A stretch of DNA of 64,000 bases from Octopus sinensis (Eukaryota): assembly GCF_006345805.1 (NCBI RefSeq), contig NC_043016.1:16244001-16308000 (forward strand). The letters run 5' to 3'. The position numbers and the translations under genes were made by a program. A model generated the notes under the pieces. It saw nothing but the letters and a program-made list of their open reading frames with translations. It searched no databases and had not been told where the DNA came from. Position 1 is the first letter of the stretch; each line of letters begins with the position of its first letter. Positions 1-12,722 of this stretch are shown here, in pieces.

Positions 1-520
1 TTCACACACACATGCACATGCACACACACAAAATACACACACATGTACACACGGTCATACACTCACACACATGTATATATACACGCGCACACATACACAT
101 GCACACGCAAATGAACCCACACATACTTCCCATACACACACAGCACACACTCATACATACACGCCCACAATTATACATACATGTACACACACACGCACAC
201 ATACACATCCCCACGCATACACACATATACACATAAACACACACATACATACACACACACTGCAAACAAAACACATACACGCACACGCACATACTTCAAA
301 CTACCAGTAACTTCCGCTGACCATTCTCCTACGCACATGTGTAGGTAGACACACAACAAGCAGCCACTCCTACCAAAATTCATACTATAAATTCTTCCTA
401 TGACCTTAAACGATACTAAGCCCAACCACACACATAGATAAATAACTACAACCACACACACACGTGCTATCATTACACACACACACACACACAGACCTGC
501 GTGCATGCATATACCCATAC
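1..520. repeat. Compound (CA)n/(TACA)n microsatellite
   Basis: Imperfect CA/TACA runs. They explain the HT- and CV-rich ORFs at 2-584. Confidence 0.9.
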
Positions 521-677
521 ATACATACATATACCTCCTTCTCTTGCACTCTCCTGTCTTTGAAAGAACTTTTTCTTCACCCATTCCCTTCCGGTCATTT
601 CAATATGTGACCGCGTGTGTGTCGTGGGCGATTTTCTTTCTCTGTATTCCGTTCCTTGGACCTTCCCTTTTTCTCTG

Positions 678-710
678 TTTCTGACGAAGATCTCCACTCG
701 AAACGTTAAA
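678..710 (+). ncRNA. Decayed minimal type I hammerhead ribozyme motif in a short pLTR-like repeat (about 522-835)
   Basis: TTT-CTGACGA(681-687)-A-GATCTCCACTC-GAAAC(700-704)-GTT-AAA. Both core boxes and a palindromic AACGTT stem III are present; stem II is only 2 bp plus a mismatch. Confidence 0.5.
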
Positions 711-1057
711 TCGTTAAATCCACCTTCTTTATTTCCTTTCCTGAGCGTCCAGTAACACAATACTTGTTTGACATCCTCGTGCTGTTCTGTTTTCTCTTTG
801 TTCATGTTTGGATTAACTATATATATATATATTTCAGAATGAAGCATTAGTCATGTACAGAGCAGTAATAAAAAAAAAATTAGATAACAAAGGAATAAAT
901 GCTTATTGTATAAACTTCATTGATTTACAGCTGTTGAGTTATATTGATCAGCAGAGGTCCAGCCATAGTGACTCTGAATACCTGGTGTTAGAACTCAATA
1001 TACATATGCTGCAGAGCAAATGCATCAGTCAAGCGCTGAGCAGTAGTAAGAAATGAA

Positions 1058-1273
1058 CCTTTTAGCATTCAAATAAGCCAAATCTGGCCCAAATATCCTG
1101 TTCTATGCTCAAACTGGCCAGATTTGGCTTCGTATATCTGCTCTACAATATCACACCAAAAATATGCAATCACATCATCAAAATGTCAAAGCTTTGAGAT
1201 AATGCATGATTAATTCAAAACAATGTGAATCAATAAAAATTACATTTGGCAGAATAATCTGAATGCTAAAGGG
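1058..1273. mobile_element. piggyBac-like MITE
   Basis: Ends CCTTTTAGCATTC ... GAATGCTAAAGGG, flanked by TGAA and TTAA. Related pieces occur at about 25540-25830, 29150-29330 and 29860-30010. Confidence 0.55.
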
Positions 1274-1404
1274 TTAAAATGCCAGAGGAATAAGAAATTA
1301 TGTCATGGACTTGAGATTAGCATACAGCTCTTTCTGTTAAAAAATGCAAGGCACTTATAGCTGGATGCTTGGGTCACACCCTATAGCTTCATCAGAGCTT
1401 CAAA

Positions 1405-1671
1405 TATATATGTGTAGCAGATGTGCAGGAACAATATGCATTCAGGACACATGAGAATTAGACTCTCACAAATACCCAGGAGGCTCTCTTGAGGTTGTAG
1501 ATAGTTTCTGCTATTCAGGTGACCAAATTAGTAATGGTGGTGGATGCTCTGAAAGTATTGTTTCTAGAATAAGAATAGGATGGAGGAAGTTCAAAGAACT
1601 ACTACCTCTGTTGGCAGCAAAAGGACTCTCTCTCTCTCTCTTCGAGTGAAAGGTAGATTGTGTGATGCTTG
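1405..1671 (+). mobile_element. RTE LINE RT 3' fragment, left part (interrupted by hAT)
   Basis: Degenerate YMCSRCAG...RIGWRKFKELLPLLAAKG...RVKGRLCDA. The sequence resumes at 5872. Confidence 0.75.
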
Positions 1672-1799
1672 CAGTGTTGTCAACTTAAAATCAAAATTTT
1701 ATGCTAAATTTCAGTAGAGAAAATACCAAAAAAATGCTAAAGACTAATTATATCAAAAAGCTTAATTTTTACCAACATTTTTATTTACTTTCTTTAATT

Positions 1800-4637
1800 C
1801 TATTCAGCATTGAGAAATAATTTCTAGAATTTCACTGATTTGATCCCTTCCAGCTGCAGTTCCTAGGTCTTGACTTCTGTATATATTCAAGGTCCCAATC
1901 TTGTTAATTATGTGTTTTGGAATATCAAAGTTTTTGCAACATTTGCCATATCTTTTCAGGCCATATTTTATAGACAGTATTGATCTAAGCATAGGAAGAT
2001 GCATTTTGTTTTTCAATTTTGATTAGATTACACCCATACTACTGAAGAACCATTCAAATTCTGCATTTGAGTTTGGCAATGTCAATAGATTAATGGCAAA
2101 ATTTGCAACATCTCTAAAAGAATTTCCTCCAGTAGCATCTTTATATTCCAAGACTTCCAGCCAGAATGCCTCAGTATTTGACATATTTGTCCATTTATCT
2201 AAATGAATGCTATTTCAATTGAAGCAATTTTTTCTTCATCTAAATGCATTGCTTCTGAGATAGGCAAGATTGGCTCTTTGAAATGCTGCAAAATATTCTC
2301 CACTGAAAAAACATTTGATATTCCTCATTATATTAATATTTTCTGGTAAACGGTGCTTGAGCTCTTTATAAAGGCAGAGTAAAAATTGTTGTTCCCTTTT
2401 GCGAATATTATTTTCTTCAGTGGCTGTTACAGTCTTCTTGATAATCATTTCTGCTATCTTTCACTTGAACCTGTAGCCTAAATTTGGTTTAGAATCCAGA
2501 AATTTTTCAATAGAAGCATCAGGATCAAGAGGATCAATTCTACCTGTTGGCAACACTATCATATTAGCAACAGATTTGATCAAATTTGAAAGATCTTCAA
2601 GTAATTTTGTTTTGTCGACAGTGTTTGATTCAAACAGTTTATTCACTTCCTGAACACGTTTTAAAATTGGATGCAAAAATAAAAGGTAAAGTTCATTCTT
2701 AGAATCACAAAACATTTCATGTAACGTTTGTGTTGGAAAGCCTTTTTCTTTGTAGTTGTAGTTTGGAAGTGAGTTTGCAATTCAAACCATTGGCCTAAAA
2801 TTCTATTTACTGCTGGTTCTATTGACAGCCACCTAGTTGTACAAGAATTTGCAATCTTCAAAGGCTCTTTACCATTGATAGCAAGGTAAAGTTGTTTGTA
2901 GGCACTTTGTCTTATTGAAGAACGAGAGAACCATTTATAGGTTTTGGATAATAAAAATTCTAAATTTATGGGCAAGCATTCAGCACAAGTGTGGGATACT
3001 GCCAACTGTAAAGAATGACATACCCTCCTAAATAGAAGTAATGATGGAACTTCTTTTAATTTCTGGAAAACACCATTGTTGACACCTATCATTACTCTAA
3101 CATTGTCGGTTCCTATAGCCAGTAAATTTTTTATATCTAATTTCTTTGTCACTAATTCAATTTTCAAGGCATCTACAATGCCATCTGCATCACATGTTTC
3201 TAAAGATACCATCCTGAGATATGTATGTAGCACTTTTTTGTGAGTGTCACTGTAATATATGATAACAATTCCTAACAACTTGTTTATCGATATTTCATTT
3301 GGCTTCATCTAATAACAGGCTAAATTTTCTATCTCCTATATCAGAAATTAAATCTCCATCAAAATATGGCACCAGAACATTTCTCACGATATTTGCACAT
3401 TTTGTATGATGCAACTTCACTTTGGATATAATATCACTAACATATAATTCTTACATAACTTTATTAAGTGACCACAGTTTATTAAATGATGAATGGCAAC
3501 AAATGAACATTGCTAAATTTGCTTCAAGCATAGATGTCTTATCATTTTTGGTTTTCATAAAATTGGTAAGAGGAATCATTTGCTGTGGAGTTGATGCCTT
3601 ATGTTTGTTTGCTTCACAGTGGCTTACTAAAAGAGAATATTTTGCCAACTACTCCTACTGGTGACAAAGGGTCTCTAGCTCAGAGTGAAAGGTAGATTGT
3701 ACGACGCATGTGTGCGAACTGCCATGCTTCATGGTAGTGAAACATGGGCTGTAACTGTGGAGGACATGTGTAAGCTTGAAAGAAATGAAGCTAGCATGAT
3801 CTGCTGGATGTGTAATGTCAGTGTGCACACATGATAGAGTGTAAGCACCCTGAGAGAAATGTTGGACATAAGAAGCATCAGATGTGGCATGCAAGAGAGA
3901 CGTTTGCACTGGTATGGTCATGTACTACGGATGGATGAGGAGAGATGTGTGAAGAAGTGACACTTCCAAACAGTTGAAAATCCAGGGTAGAGGTAGACCC
4001 AGGAAGACATGGGATGAGGTGGTCAAGCATGACCTTCGAAAGTTGGGTCTCACAGAGGCAATGACGAAAGACTGAGACCTCTGGAGATATGCTGTGACTG
4101 TGAAAACCTGACAAATAACATGAGTTCATGGCTTTTTCATGTACTAGCTTCACATAGCAGCCCCAGCCCATCCAAAGTACCTTGGATCACAGGATGGCCT
4201 GCTGTGCTTACCTTGGATTGTAGGGTGACCTGCTGTGCTTGAGAAGACCTATTGGGTCAAGTAGATCAACATCAAAAAATCAAATGGAAATTGTAGTTGT
4301 GATACCTGTGCTGGTGGCATGTAAAAAGCACCATCCGAACGTGGCCGCTGCCAGCCTCCCCTGGCACCTGTGCTGGTGGCACATAAAAAGCACCCACTTC
4401 ACTCACAGAGTGGTTGTTGTTAGGAAGAGCATCCAGCTGTAGAAACACTGCCAGATCAGACTGGAGCCTTGTGCAGCCTCCTGGCTTATCAAATCCTGGT
4501 CGAACCATCCAACCCATGCTAGCATGGAAAACGGACGTTAAACGATGATGATGATGATGATTACATCTACAATATCTGCAAAGTGCTTTAGATTGGTCAC
4601 TAGGTACTTCACACAACCACTTAGTAAACGCTGGCAT
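1800..4637 (-). pseudogene. hAT transposase relic with N-terminal BED-type zinc finger
   Basis: WL..C-x2-C at 4560-4637 and H-x5-H at about 3620-3648. ORF 2661-3308 has AIGTD, (C/R)VCH and TRWLS. Frameshifted C-terminal pieces lie at 1804-2715. Confidence 0.85.
3650..4560 (+). mobile_element. 5'-truncated RTE LINE nested in the hAT transposase
   Basis: RT C-terminus (LLVTKGL..RVKGRLYDACVR..MLHGSETW) plus the 3' UTR ending CATGCTAGCATGGAAAACGGACGTTAAACGATGATGATG. Same family as 50997-54410. Confidence 0.85.
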
Positions 4638-5056
4638 CTTAAGCCATTCCTTTCGGAATTTTTGCTGGTATAACTTTGTTTTTTCTTAGCTCATTATAAT
4701 GTAGTAGGAAGAAAGAAATAAATTGAATGATTAATAAAAATTTATAAAATTGAAAACACAACTTGTCAGTTTGCCACTAACAATTCTTTCATTCGTCATT
4801 AACAATTCTTATGTTTTGCTGCTTACAAATTCTTGGGGTGAAGAATCCAGGATGCAGGGTGGCCAACTTATAAATGGAAAAGTAAAATCTGCAGAAATCC
4901 TAAAACTGTGTTCTGATATAAACATAGGAACATCATATTTCGCTTCCAATCTTACATTTAATATCTATTGGTAAAACCACAAATATAACTACAATACTTG
5001 AAAAAAAAAGTAAGTAGAAATATAAATGGGGAGACCCATCCATTCCCGTACTTCTA

Positions 5057-5330
5057 TATCATCATCATCATCATTGTTTAACGTCCGCTTTCCATGCTAG
5101 CATGGGTTGGACGATTTTGACCGAGGGCTGGTGAACCAGATGGCTGCACCAGGCTCCAATCTCGATCTGGCAGAGTTTCTACAGCAGGATGCCCTTCCTA
5201 ATGCCAACCATTCCGAGAGTGTAGTGGGTGCTTTTTACATGCCACCGGCACGGAGCCAGTCTGGCGGCACTGGCAACAACCTCGCTCGAATCCTTTTACA
5301 CATGCCACCAGCACAGGTGCCAGTAATACA
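5057..5330 (-). mobile_element. RTE-family 3' tail fragment inside the hAT
   Basis: (CAT)n-TTTAACGTCCGCTTTCCATGCTAGCATGGGTTGGACG, matching the 3' end of the LINE at 50997. Many similar short copies occur across the window, e.g. 22000-22280, 23170-23470, 34160-34810. Confidence 0.85.
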
Positions 5331-5871
5331 AGATATATAATCCAAAACAAGCATGAAAAAACACAGACATATTTTAAACTGAAAGTAAGTCAACCTGTCA
5401 TGATAAAAACTCATCACTACAGAATAAAGCATTGTTAGGACGAATTTCCATGCTTTCATTCTTAGCAACATATTTACATTATTGTGTAGTGAGTTCAGAT
5501 GCTGACATGAGTTATCTTCTCCCACTCCCTCCACAAGCACCACTCTGTACTGAACGGGGGGAGGGGGTTGGAAAAGTTCATAACTTGATAAACTTCCCTT
5601 TGATAAACTTTCATTTGAAGTTTCAAGAAAGCGAAAGAAAAATTCAACAACAGCCGAGAGAACTAAAATTTAGCAAATAAGTAGAAAAGAAGGGAAAAGA
5701 AGTAAAAAGGTAGAAATGTCATGATCAGAGAAAAATGCTAAAAAAAATGTTGAATAAAATTTTAAACCTGCTATTTTCCCTGCTAAATGCTAGATTCAAA
5801 AATTTTCTGCTAAATGCTGAAAAAAAAAAATTCCTAGATTTAGCATAAAATATGCTAAACTGGCAACCCAG

Positions 5872-6290
5872 GATGCTTGTCTATGAATGGCTGTATTCCA
5901 TGGTAGTGAGACATGGGCTCTGAATGCAGAAGATATGCATAGACTGGAGAGGAATGAAGGCAGTGTGCTCTGCTAGATGTGCAACATCAATGCACCTGTA
6001 AGAGAGTGCAAACATATTGAGAGAAAAGCTGGGCATAGGAGGAATCAACTGTAGAATGCAAGAGAGAAGACTATGTTGGTTTGGAGATGCGATGCATATG
6101 AATGAGGACAGTTGTATAAAGAAGTGTCAATTGCTGGAAGTGGATTGCCCCTGTGGAAGAAGGAGACCCAGGAAGACATTGTATGAAGTGGTGAGGACTG
6201 ATCTCAGGATGTTGGGCCTCACAGAAGGGATGACAACGGACCAAGATGTCTGGTAATATGTGGTTTTTGAAAAGTCTTGCCCATCTCAGA
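5872..6290 (+). mobile_element. RTE LINE RT 3' fragment, right part
   Basis: Continues the fragment at 1405-1671: ...FHGSETWALNAEDMHRLERNE...QERRLCWFG...GRRRPRKT. Confidence 0.8.
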
Positions 6291-7094
6291 AAAACTGAGT
6301 TCTGTGTGTTCCACCCACATGCAACAATGAAACAACAAATTCCACTCACTCCACCCCAATAAACCAAACTACATCTCCTCCTATTCACATTTCATTTTTC
6401 ATGCCCCATGCCAATCTCTCCCTCCCCCACTGCATCATTGCTGTCCTGTTGTCTCCCCTTCTTCAATAAAGCCAGGTTTCACCAGTCACTGCATCTCCCA
6501 CTCTGCATTCATGTGAACTCTCTACTCATGTACCCTTGGCAATACTCTACCATTTATATTCTGATCCCCATACCTTGAGGGTATACCCTAGCACTTCACC
6601 ACCATCTCTCTTTGTCTCTCTCTCTCTCCTTCCTTCTGACTGAGTAACCATGTATTTCCTCTACAGCCTGACCCCTGTTTCTGCCAATCTGTTTATACTT
6701 TAACCTCTCCTCACCAGGCACAAAGCCCCCCCCCCTCCAATGCCCTTTGTCTTGCAAGTTACTTGGTGACCCCTACCAGTGCTGGTGCATCCAATCCACA
6801 CTGTAAAGTGATTAGCATTTAGAAGGGCTTCCAGCTGTAAAACCTTGCCAAACACAGGCATTGCTGGTGTCCTGTTAAAAGCATTCAGTCCACTCTGTAA
6901 GGTGGTTAGGGTTAGGAAGGACATCCAACAATGCTGTATGACTTAAAGTGTTCTTCTCTTTCGGATTTATGATTTAATGATGAGATATGTATATATATAT
7001 ATATATCATAATCATCACCATCATCATCATCATTTATATGTATATATATGCACACACTCACACACACACATTATAAATAAGAAAACAAAACATC

Positions 7095-8945
7095 TTTTAG
7101 CAGAGATTCCAAACCTGGCTGAAATAAAATTGGATATCGGGAAATTAAACGATGGAAAGGATCCAGCTGTACATGGATTAGGTGCGGAGATTATACAAAC
7201 ATGGTGGTGAACATCTTGGTACGATGTCGATAGATGTGATTCAGAGGTTTTGGCATAGTGAAGTGGTTCCTCTGGATTGGTGTGGTGCAATTATGGAGAC
7301 ATTCAATGAATCAAAAGGTGGAAAGGATGTTTGTGATAATTTCTGTCTTTTAGCTGTCACCGGAAAGGTCCTTTGTAAGGTAATGCTGGATAGAAATTGC
7401 TTCTGTATATTGTGGAATCACAATGTGAGTTTAGAGGTGGTAGGAATACAATGGATATATTTTCAGCCACACAGCTACAAGATAAGTACATCTAACAAAA
7501 TATGGGCTTGTATCAAGTTTTTATTGATCTGACGAAAGCATTTGATTCTTCAAATAAGGTTGTACTTTGGGAGATCCTGAAAAAGCTGGGTTGCCCTGAA
7601 AATGTTATGAGAATGCTTAGAAAATTTCATGATGAGATGGAGGTATGCTAAATGTATCTTGTCAGATCCAATTTTTGTAGAAACAGGATGATATTCCTGC
7701 TCCCACCTTGTTTGCTCTGTATTTTATAGAAGTCTTTCAAATAACTTTTGAAGATTGCACTGAAGGGGGCTGTATAAGATATAAGACAGTGAGAAAACTT
7801 TCTAACCCCAAAAGACTTTGTGCCAAAATGAATGTTCTTCATTCTCACACCATTGAGTTCTTGTATGCAAATGATTGTGACCTGTTAGCACATTCCCAGG
7901 AGGATATGCTACACAATCAATGCGATTTATGCAGCACTGAAGCCTTACAATCAACTTGAGGAAAACTGTTCTGACGTACCAATATGCCCTCTCTAAACTT
8001 TATATGGAATCTTCTATAACTGTGTCTGGGCAAAGGTTACAAATTGCAACTAAAACCATTTATTTAGGAAGTACTTTGAGCACTACTGGTCTTGATGATG
8101 AAATTTCATATAGAATCAGCAAGGTATGTAATACCTTTGGTAGGCTTGACAGGCATCTCTGGTCATGCCATAGTATATCTTTCCAAATTAAAATTAGGGT
8201 TTATAGCATGTGTCCTGCTATCTTTGCTATATGGAAGTGAGACATGTGTTGTTTATCGTAGGCATAAAGACATTTGGAACAATTACATCAATATTGTCTT
8301 GGAAAAATTCTTGGGGTAAATTGGAAAATAATGTGGAGGTACTTGAGAAAAGTAGTTGTAGGAGTGTAGAATAAATGATTCTGCAAAATTGTTTGAGGTG
8401 GGGTGGCCATCTGGTAAGAATGAAGATGAAAGACTTCCTAAGCAATATTTGTATGGTGAGCTGGAAGATGGTAAGAGACTAGCACATAAACTGAAAATGA
8501 GGTTCAAGAACTGCCTCAGAATTGCTCTGACATAGTTTCAGTTGTTGATTGGGGGAAGGAGACACAAGACCGAAACAGATCAAAGAAAAGGGAGCACAGT
8601 GGCTGCTCGAGGTTTGAAAGAGAGAGAATGAAGCACGAGGAGATCAAGAAAGGAATTAGAAAGAATGAACCCGTGGAAAATAAGGGTATTGCTTTTTATG
8701 CGTGCGATTTGTAGGAGGAAATGCTTGAGTCATGCAGGCCTGGTCAACCATCAGAGAAGTCACAAGAATCAACTCCTTGTAAATTGTGATATGGCTATTG
8801 TTGATAACAGAATATGTGCAACCTGTGGAATGGTGTGCCTTTCAGTTGGAGGATTGAAAAGGCATAGCAAAAGAATTCATACTATGGCACCTATTCCCTC
8901 TGCCAGCCAGCACAGTCGTGTATTACGCAATAGAATGTGAAAATC
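7095..8945 (+). mobile_element. Degenerate RTE LINE (RT plus two C-terminal C2H2 fingers)
   Basis: PNLAEIKLDIGKLNDGKDP, DLTKAFDS, FLYANDCDLLAH, YLGSTLS, LLYGSETC. C2H2 fingers CRRKC..H..H and CATC..H...H at about 8700-8885. Many stops and frameshifts. Confidence 0.85.
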
Positions 8946-9179
8946 TTTGGCAGGGCACAAGAGTCATGCAAGGGACTCACATTGCATTATCAATGACTCA
9001 TTTCAGTGGTTCTTTCTAGCAATGGCTTTGCCCGTATACAAGGAAGAAGCTACTATACACACACATATATTATTCTAACTGTATAATATTAAATATCCAT
9101 CATGGCTGATCTTACCAACTGGTTTCACATAAAGAATACAATGAAGAGTTAGGTAACAATCCGATTACTTAACTTTATG

Positions 9180-10170
9180 CTCATCAGAGTTAGCTGTTAT
9201 GGAAGGGAGTATGGTGACTGCTCTCTATTGTTGGAGGTGGAGTAACACAACCAGTCAATGGCTGCTGTGGAAAAAGTGATGAAACGAAAAAGTGCCAGGG
9301 GATTGGGTCAGGAGTTATGTCCCTTGGTTGGATATGCTGTGAAGCTGGTAAGTTATATTGAAGTGTGTGAAAGTATTATCAATGTGGTCTTCCTGTGGGG
9401 ATGTATATGTAGTGGTGTCATATGCATAATTTTTCCAGGAGTGTAGTTATATATAGCTGTGTTTGTTGGACTGTTTTCTTTTTATAAAGGATAAGGTTGT
9501 GGTAGTGGTGGTAGGTTATGTTGGCATGCAGTGTGTGCGTGCACGTGGGGTTATATATGTGTGGAGGGGTATGTGTTGAGGTGGTGGGAGACAGTCTATT
9601 TTGTGGGGGTGTTGGTGTGTGCTTTGGTCAAACTCTTTGCCGGGCCTGAGGGTATTGGGGAAGGTCAAGGCTGGGGACCTGTGGTTGCAGTCCTGTTGGG
9701 GCACACAGGTATGCCACGATGTACTTCCTTTCATGTGGGCAAGGATTAAACATCTCACTCCTGCTATTTAGGTAAACATTCAGGTGTTGGGTACCCTTTA
9801 AAATTGCTCTCTTCTCAGCCAGGCATAACCTGCACTTCCTGCTGCTGTTAAAGTACAGCTTGCATTTTCCAAAGATCTTCCACTTTATGCTGCCCTCTGT
9901 GACACTTTCTTTCAGAGCTCAAATGTGCTTGGCTAGGGTTGTGGTATTACGTTTCTCTGGGATGTTGAAGGACTTGTGGTTATTGAGGTTCTGAAAGGGC
10001 CTTCCGTTGCCCCAACATACTTCCGCATGCTTGGTTATCCATTGGTTCCTGCTGCTGTATCCGTATTGCAGTGGCTGTTCAGTGGGCAAGTTGTGTTGTC
10101 CCTGAATGGGCCTACATACTAAAATCCTTTTTACACGAGATGCACAGCAAAAGGATAATCTCAAGGTATG
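9180..10170 (-). mobile_element. Penelope-like (Naiad-type) GIY-YIG 3' fragment
   Basis: TCPLNSHC, NHKSF...LAKHI, IKWKIFGKCK, CRLCLAEK, LNSRSEMFNPCPH. A residual CTGATGA sits at 9181-9187. Confidence 0.75.
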
Positions 10171-12521
10171 TCTATTAGATATTTTGTTGAATCTATTAGT
10201 ACAAGGAAGTGTCTATCAACTAAACTAAAGAAGATCTTACCTTCTCTAGTCTCAATGTTTAAAGAGAATGACAGCATGAACCACAGTACCTTCCAGTGGC
10301 ACTTTCTCTTGTGGAGTGTTAGGGTCAAGGCATGTAACTAATTCTATCCTATATACACACACCAACGCATAAACATATTACAAATAGGAAACACACCAAA
10401 AGCCTTAGCCACCCAGGGTATTATTAATTATAAATATAAAATTCATTTCGACATTTTTTAAACAGGTAAAATCAAAAATTTTAGAAACAGTTTTGGATGT
10501 CAGCAAGGTTTGGAGGAGAACGGGCAGTTTGAAAAAGACAAGAGAGCAATCAAAGGGAGATAATTAACTGCACTCCATGTGTAGGAAGTTTTTTTTAATG
10601 AATTCCGAAAATCTAAACTAACACCAGAATGGGTTATTGTTTGTCTGTCTGTCTTTAATTCTTGCTAAGATGTACATTGTATAAAATGCAAATATGATGA
10701 AAAACTTCCACTTTTTGTATTTCTGGAGGTTCTTAGATTCTTTAAAAGATACAGTTTTCAAGCAAGTGTATGGAACATAATTTTGACCTGTTGATATAAA
10801 AGTCTGGTCTTAGAAAGGATTTTCCAGTTAATGATTGCATCCTTAATTATTCAAATTAATGCCATGAGGGTTGTTGTATGACTCTTCTCAGGATACCTAA
10901 AGGAATTTAAATTTTCTTTCCACAACAGTATTTGCTCTCCAAAGAGATGGTTTTATATTTAAGATCATAAAAATTAAATTTTAATAAGATCATTAAAACA
11001 ATGATAATGAAGAACTCAAACAATCAATAATTTTCTATCTGCAGTTACTTCCACTTTATGAGAGAGTCTTCTCCTATGCTATGGCCTAAATCCAAATATA
11101 AACAGTTTAATATACACTTGCACAGGAGCATGACCAACAGGTTAAGTTGTTATACTCTTGATTGCAAGACTGTAGTTTTTATTTCACAGTCATCATCATC
11201 ATTTAACGTCTGTTTTTCCATGGGTTGGACGATTTGACTAAGAACCCAGCTTATTTTTAATTTTCAGTCAAACCATCCAACCCATGCCAGCATGGAAAAC
11301 AGATGTCAAATGGTGGTGATGATGACTAGGGGAGCTTGGCATTTGTAAGCAAAACGCTTCATTTCCAGTAGCTCCATTCCACCCAGATGTAAATGGGCCA
11401 CCCTGTGATGGACTGGCTTCCTGTCCAGGGGGAATGTTGGCCTGTCTGGGTGGCATCACTTGAGGTGAGGAAGTACATTGTGATCAGCAGCATATAACAA
11501 TGTCCAATAGTCTGATCAATACAGATACTCATTGTAATGTGTGCAATATGCGAATTTAGAAGTTTTGGATAGTGAGCTTTAATTCCCAAGGTAATGGATC
11601 ATAAAATGTGTGGGGGTGTAGGCACAGGCATGGCTGCATGTTAAGGAGTTTTGCTTCCCAACTACAAGGCTCCAAGTCTAGTTCTACTGCGTGAAACTTT
11701 GGGAAAGGTTTGTCTAATATAATCCAGGCTTTGTGAGTTTCGGTTGACAGAAACTGAAAGAAGACTGTCATGTGTGTATGCATACACACATATGTGTATA
11801 TGACACTATATTTGTGTTTGTGTGATAGATGTAAATGATTGTCACTATTTTAAAAGCAATGTCGCTCATTTCCAATATCCTGTGAGGACATGTTTATTGA
11901 TGGGGAAATATTACCTTATCTGCAAACAGGTGAGATTTGGCATAGTGAAAGGTATTCACCAATAGAAAATCTGCTTCAATAAACTCTGCCCAGCCCATGC
12001 AAGAATAGAAAAGTGGATGTTAGAATGATGTTTATTATATATTGGTTGGAAACAAGCGAGTGTTGGTGACAAGAAAGGCATTTGGTCAGAGAAAATCTGC
12101 CTCAATAAGTTCCGTCCAACCCACACAAGCATGGAAAAGTGGATGTTAGATGATGATGATGATGGTTCATCTGAAGAAACAGTTTTATATAAAAAAAAAT
12201 TTAACAAGGTCTTTATAATAAAATTTTAATAAGATCATTAAAATGATGATATAATGAAGGAGTTGAAATATCATCATTTCCTTTTCTGTGATTACTTCAA
12301 CTGTATGAGGTTATCCGCTAATGTTATAGTCTAAATCCAAATATACACAACTTTATACACACTTATGCATGTAATACAGGAATTCGGGAGTTTAATGTGT
12401 TTTGGATAGGAAACCCTAATTCCTATGGTAACACTTCATTCATTCATTCATGTATGTATAAGACTCAGGTAAAAGAAGAATAAAATAAAATAAACCCAGT
12501 AAGGGTTTACATATACACATA

Positions 12522-12722
<201 letters not shown>

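Larger units (their letters stand above)
1672..5871 (-). mobile_element. hAT DNA transposon, near full length and decayed
   Basis: Identical 8-bp TSD GATGCTTG at 1664-1671 and 5872-5879. Termini CAGTGTTGTC / GGCAACCCAG resemble a CAGGGTTGCC-type TIR. Subterminal TTTTATGCTAAAT repeats and an internal transposase relic are present. Confidence 0.9.
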
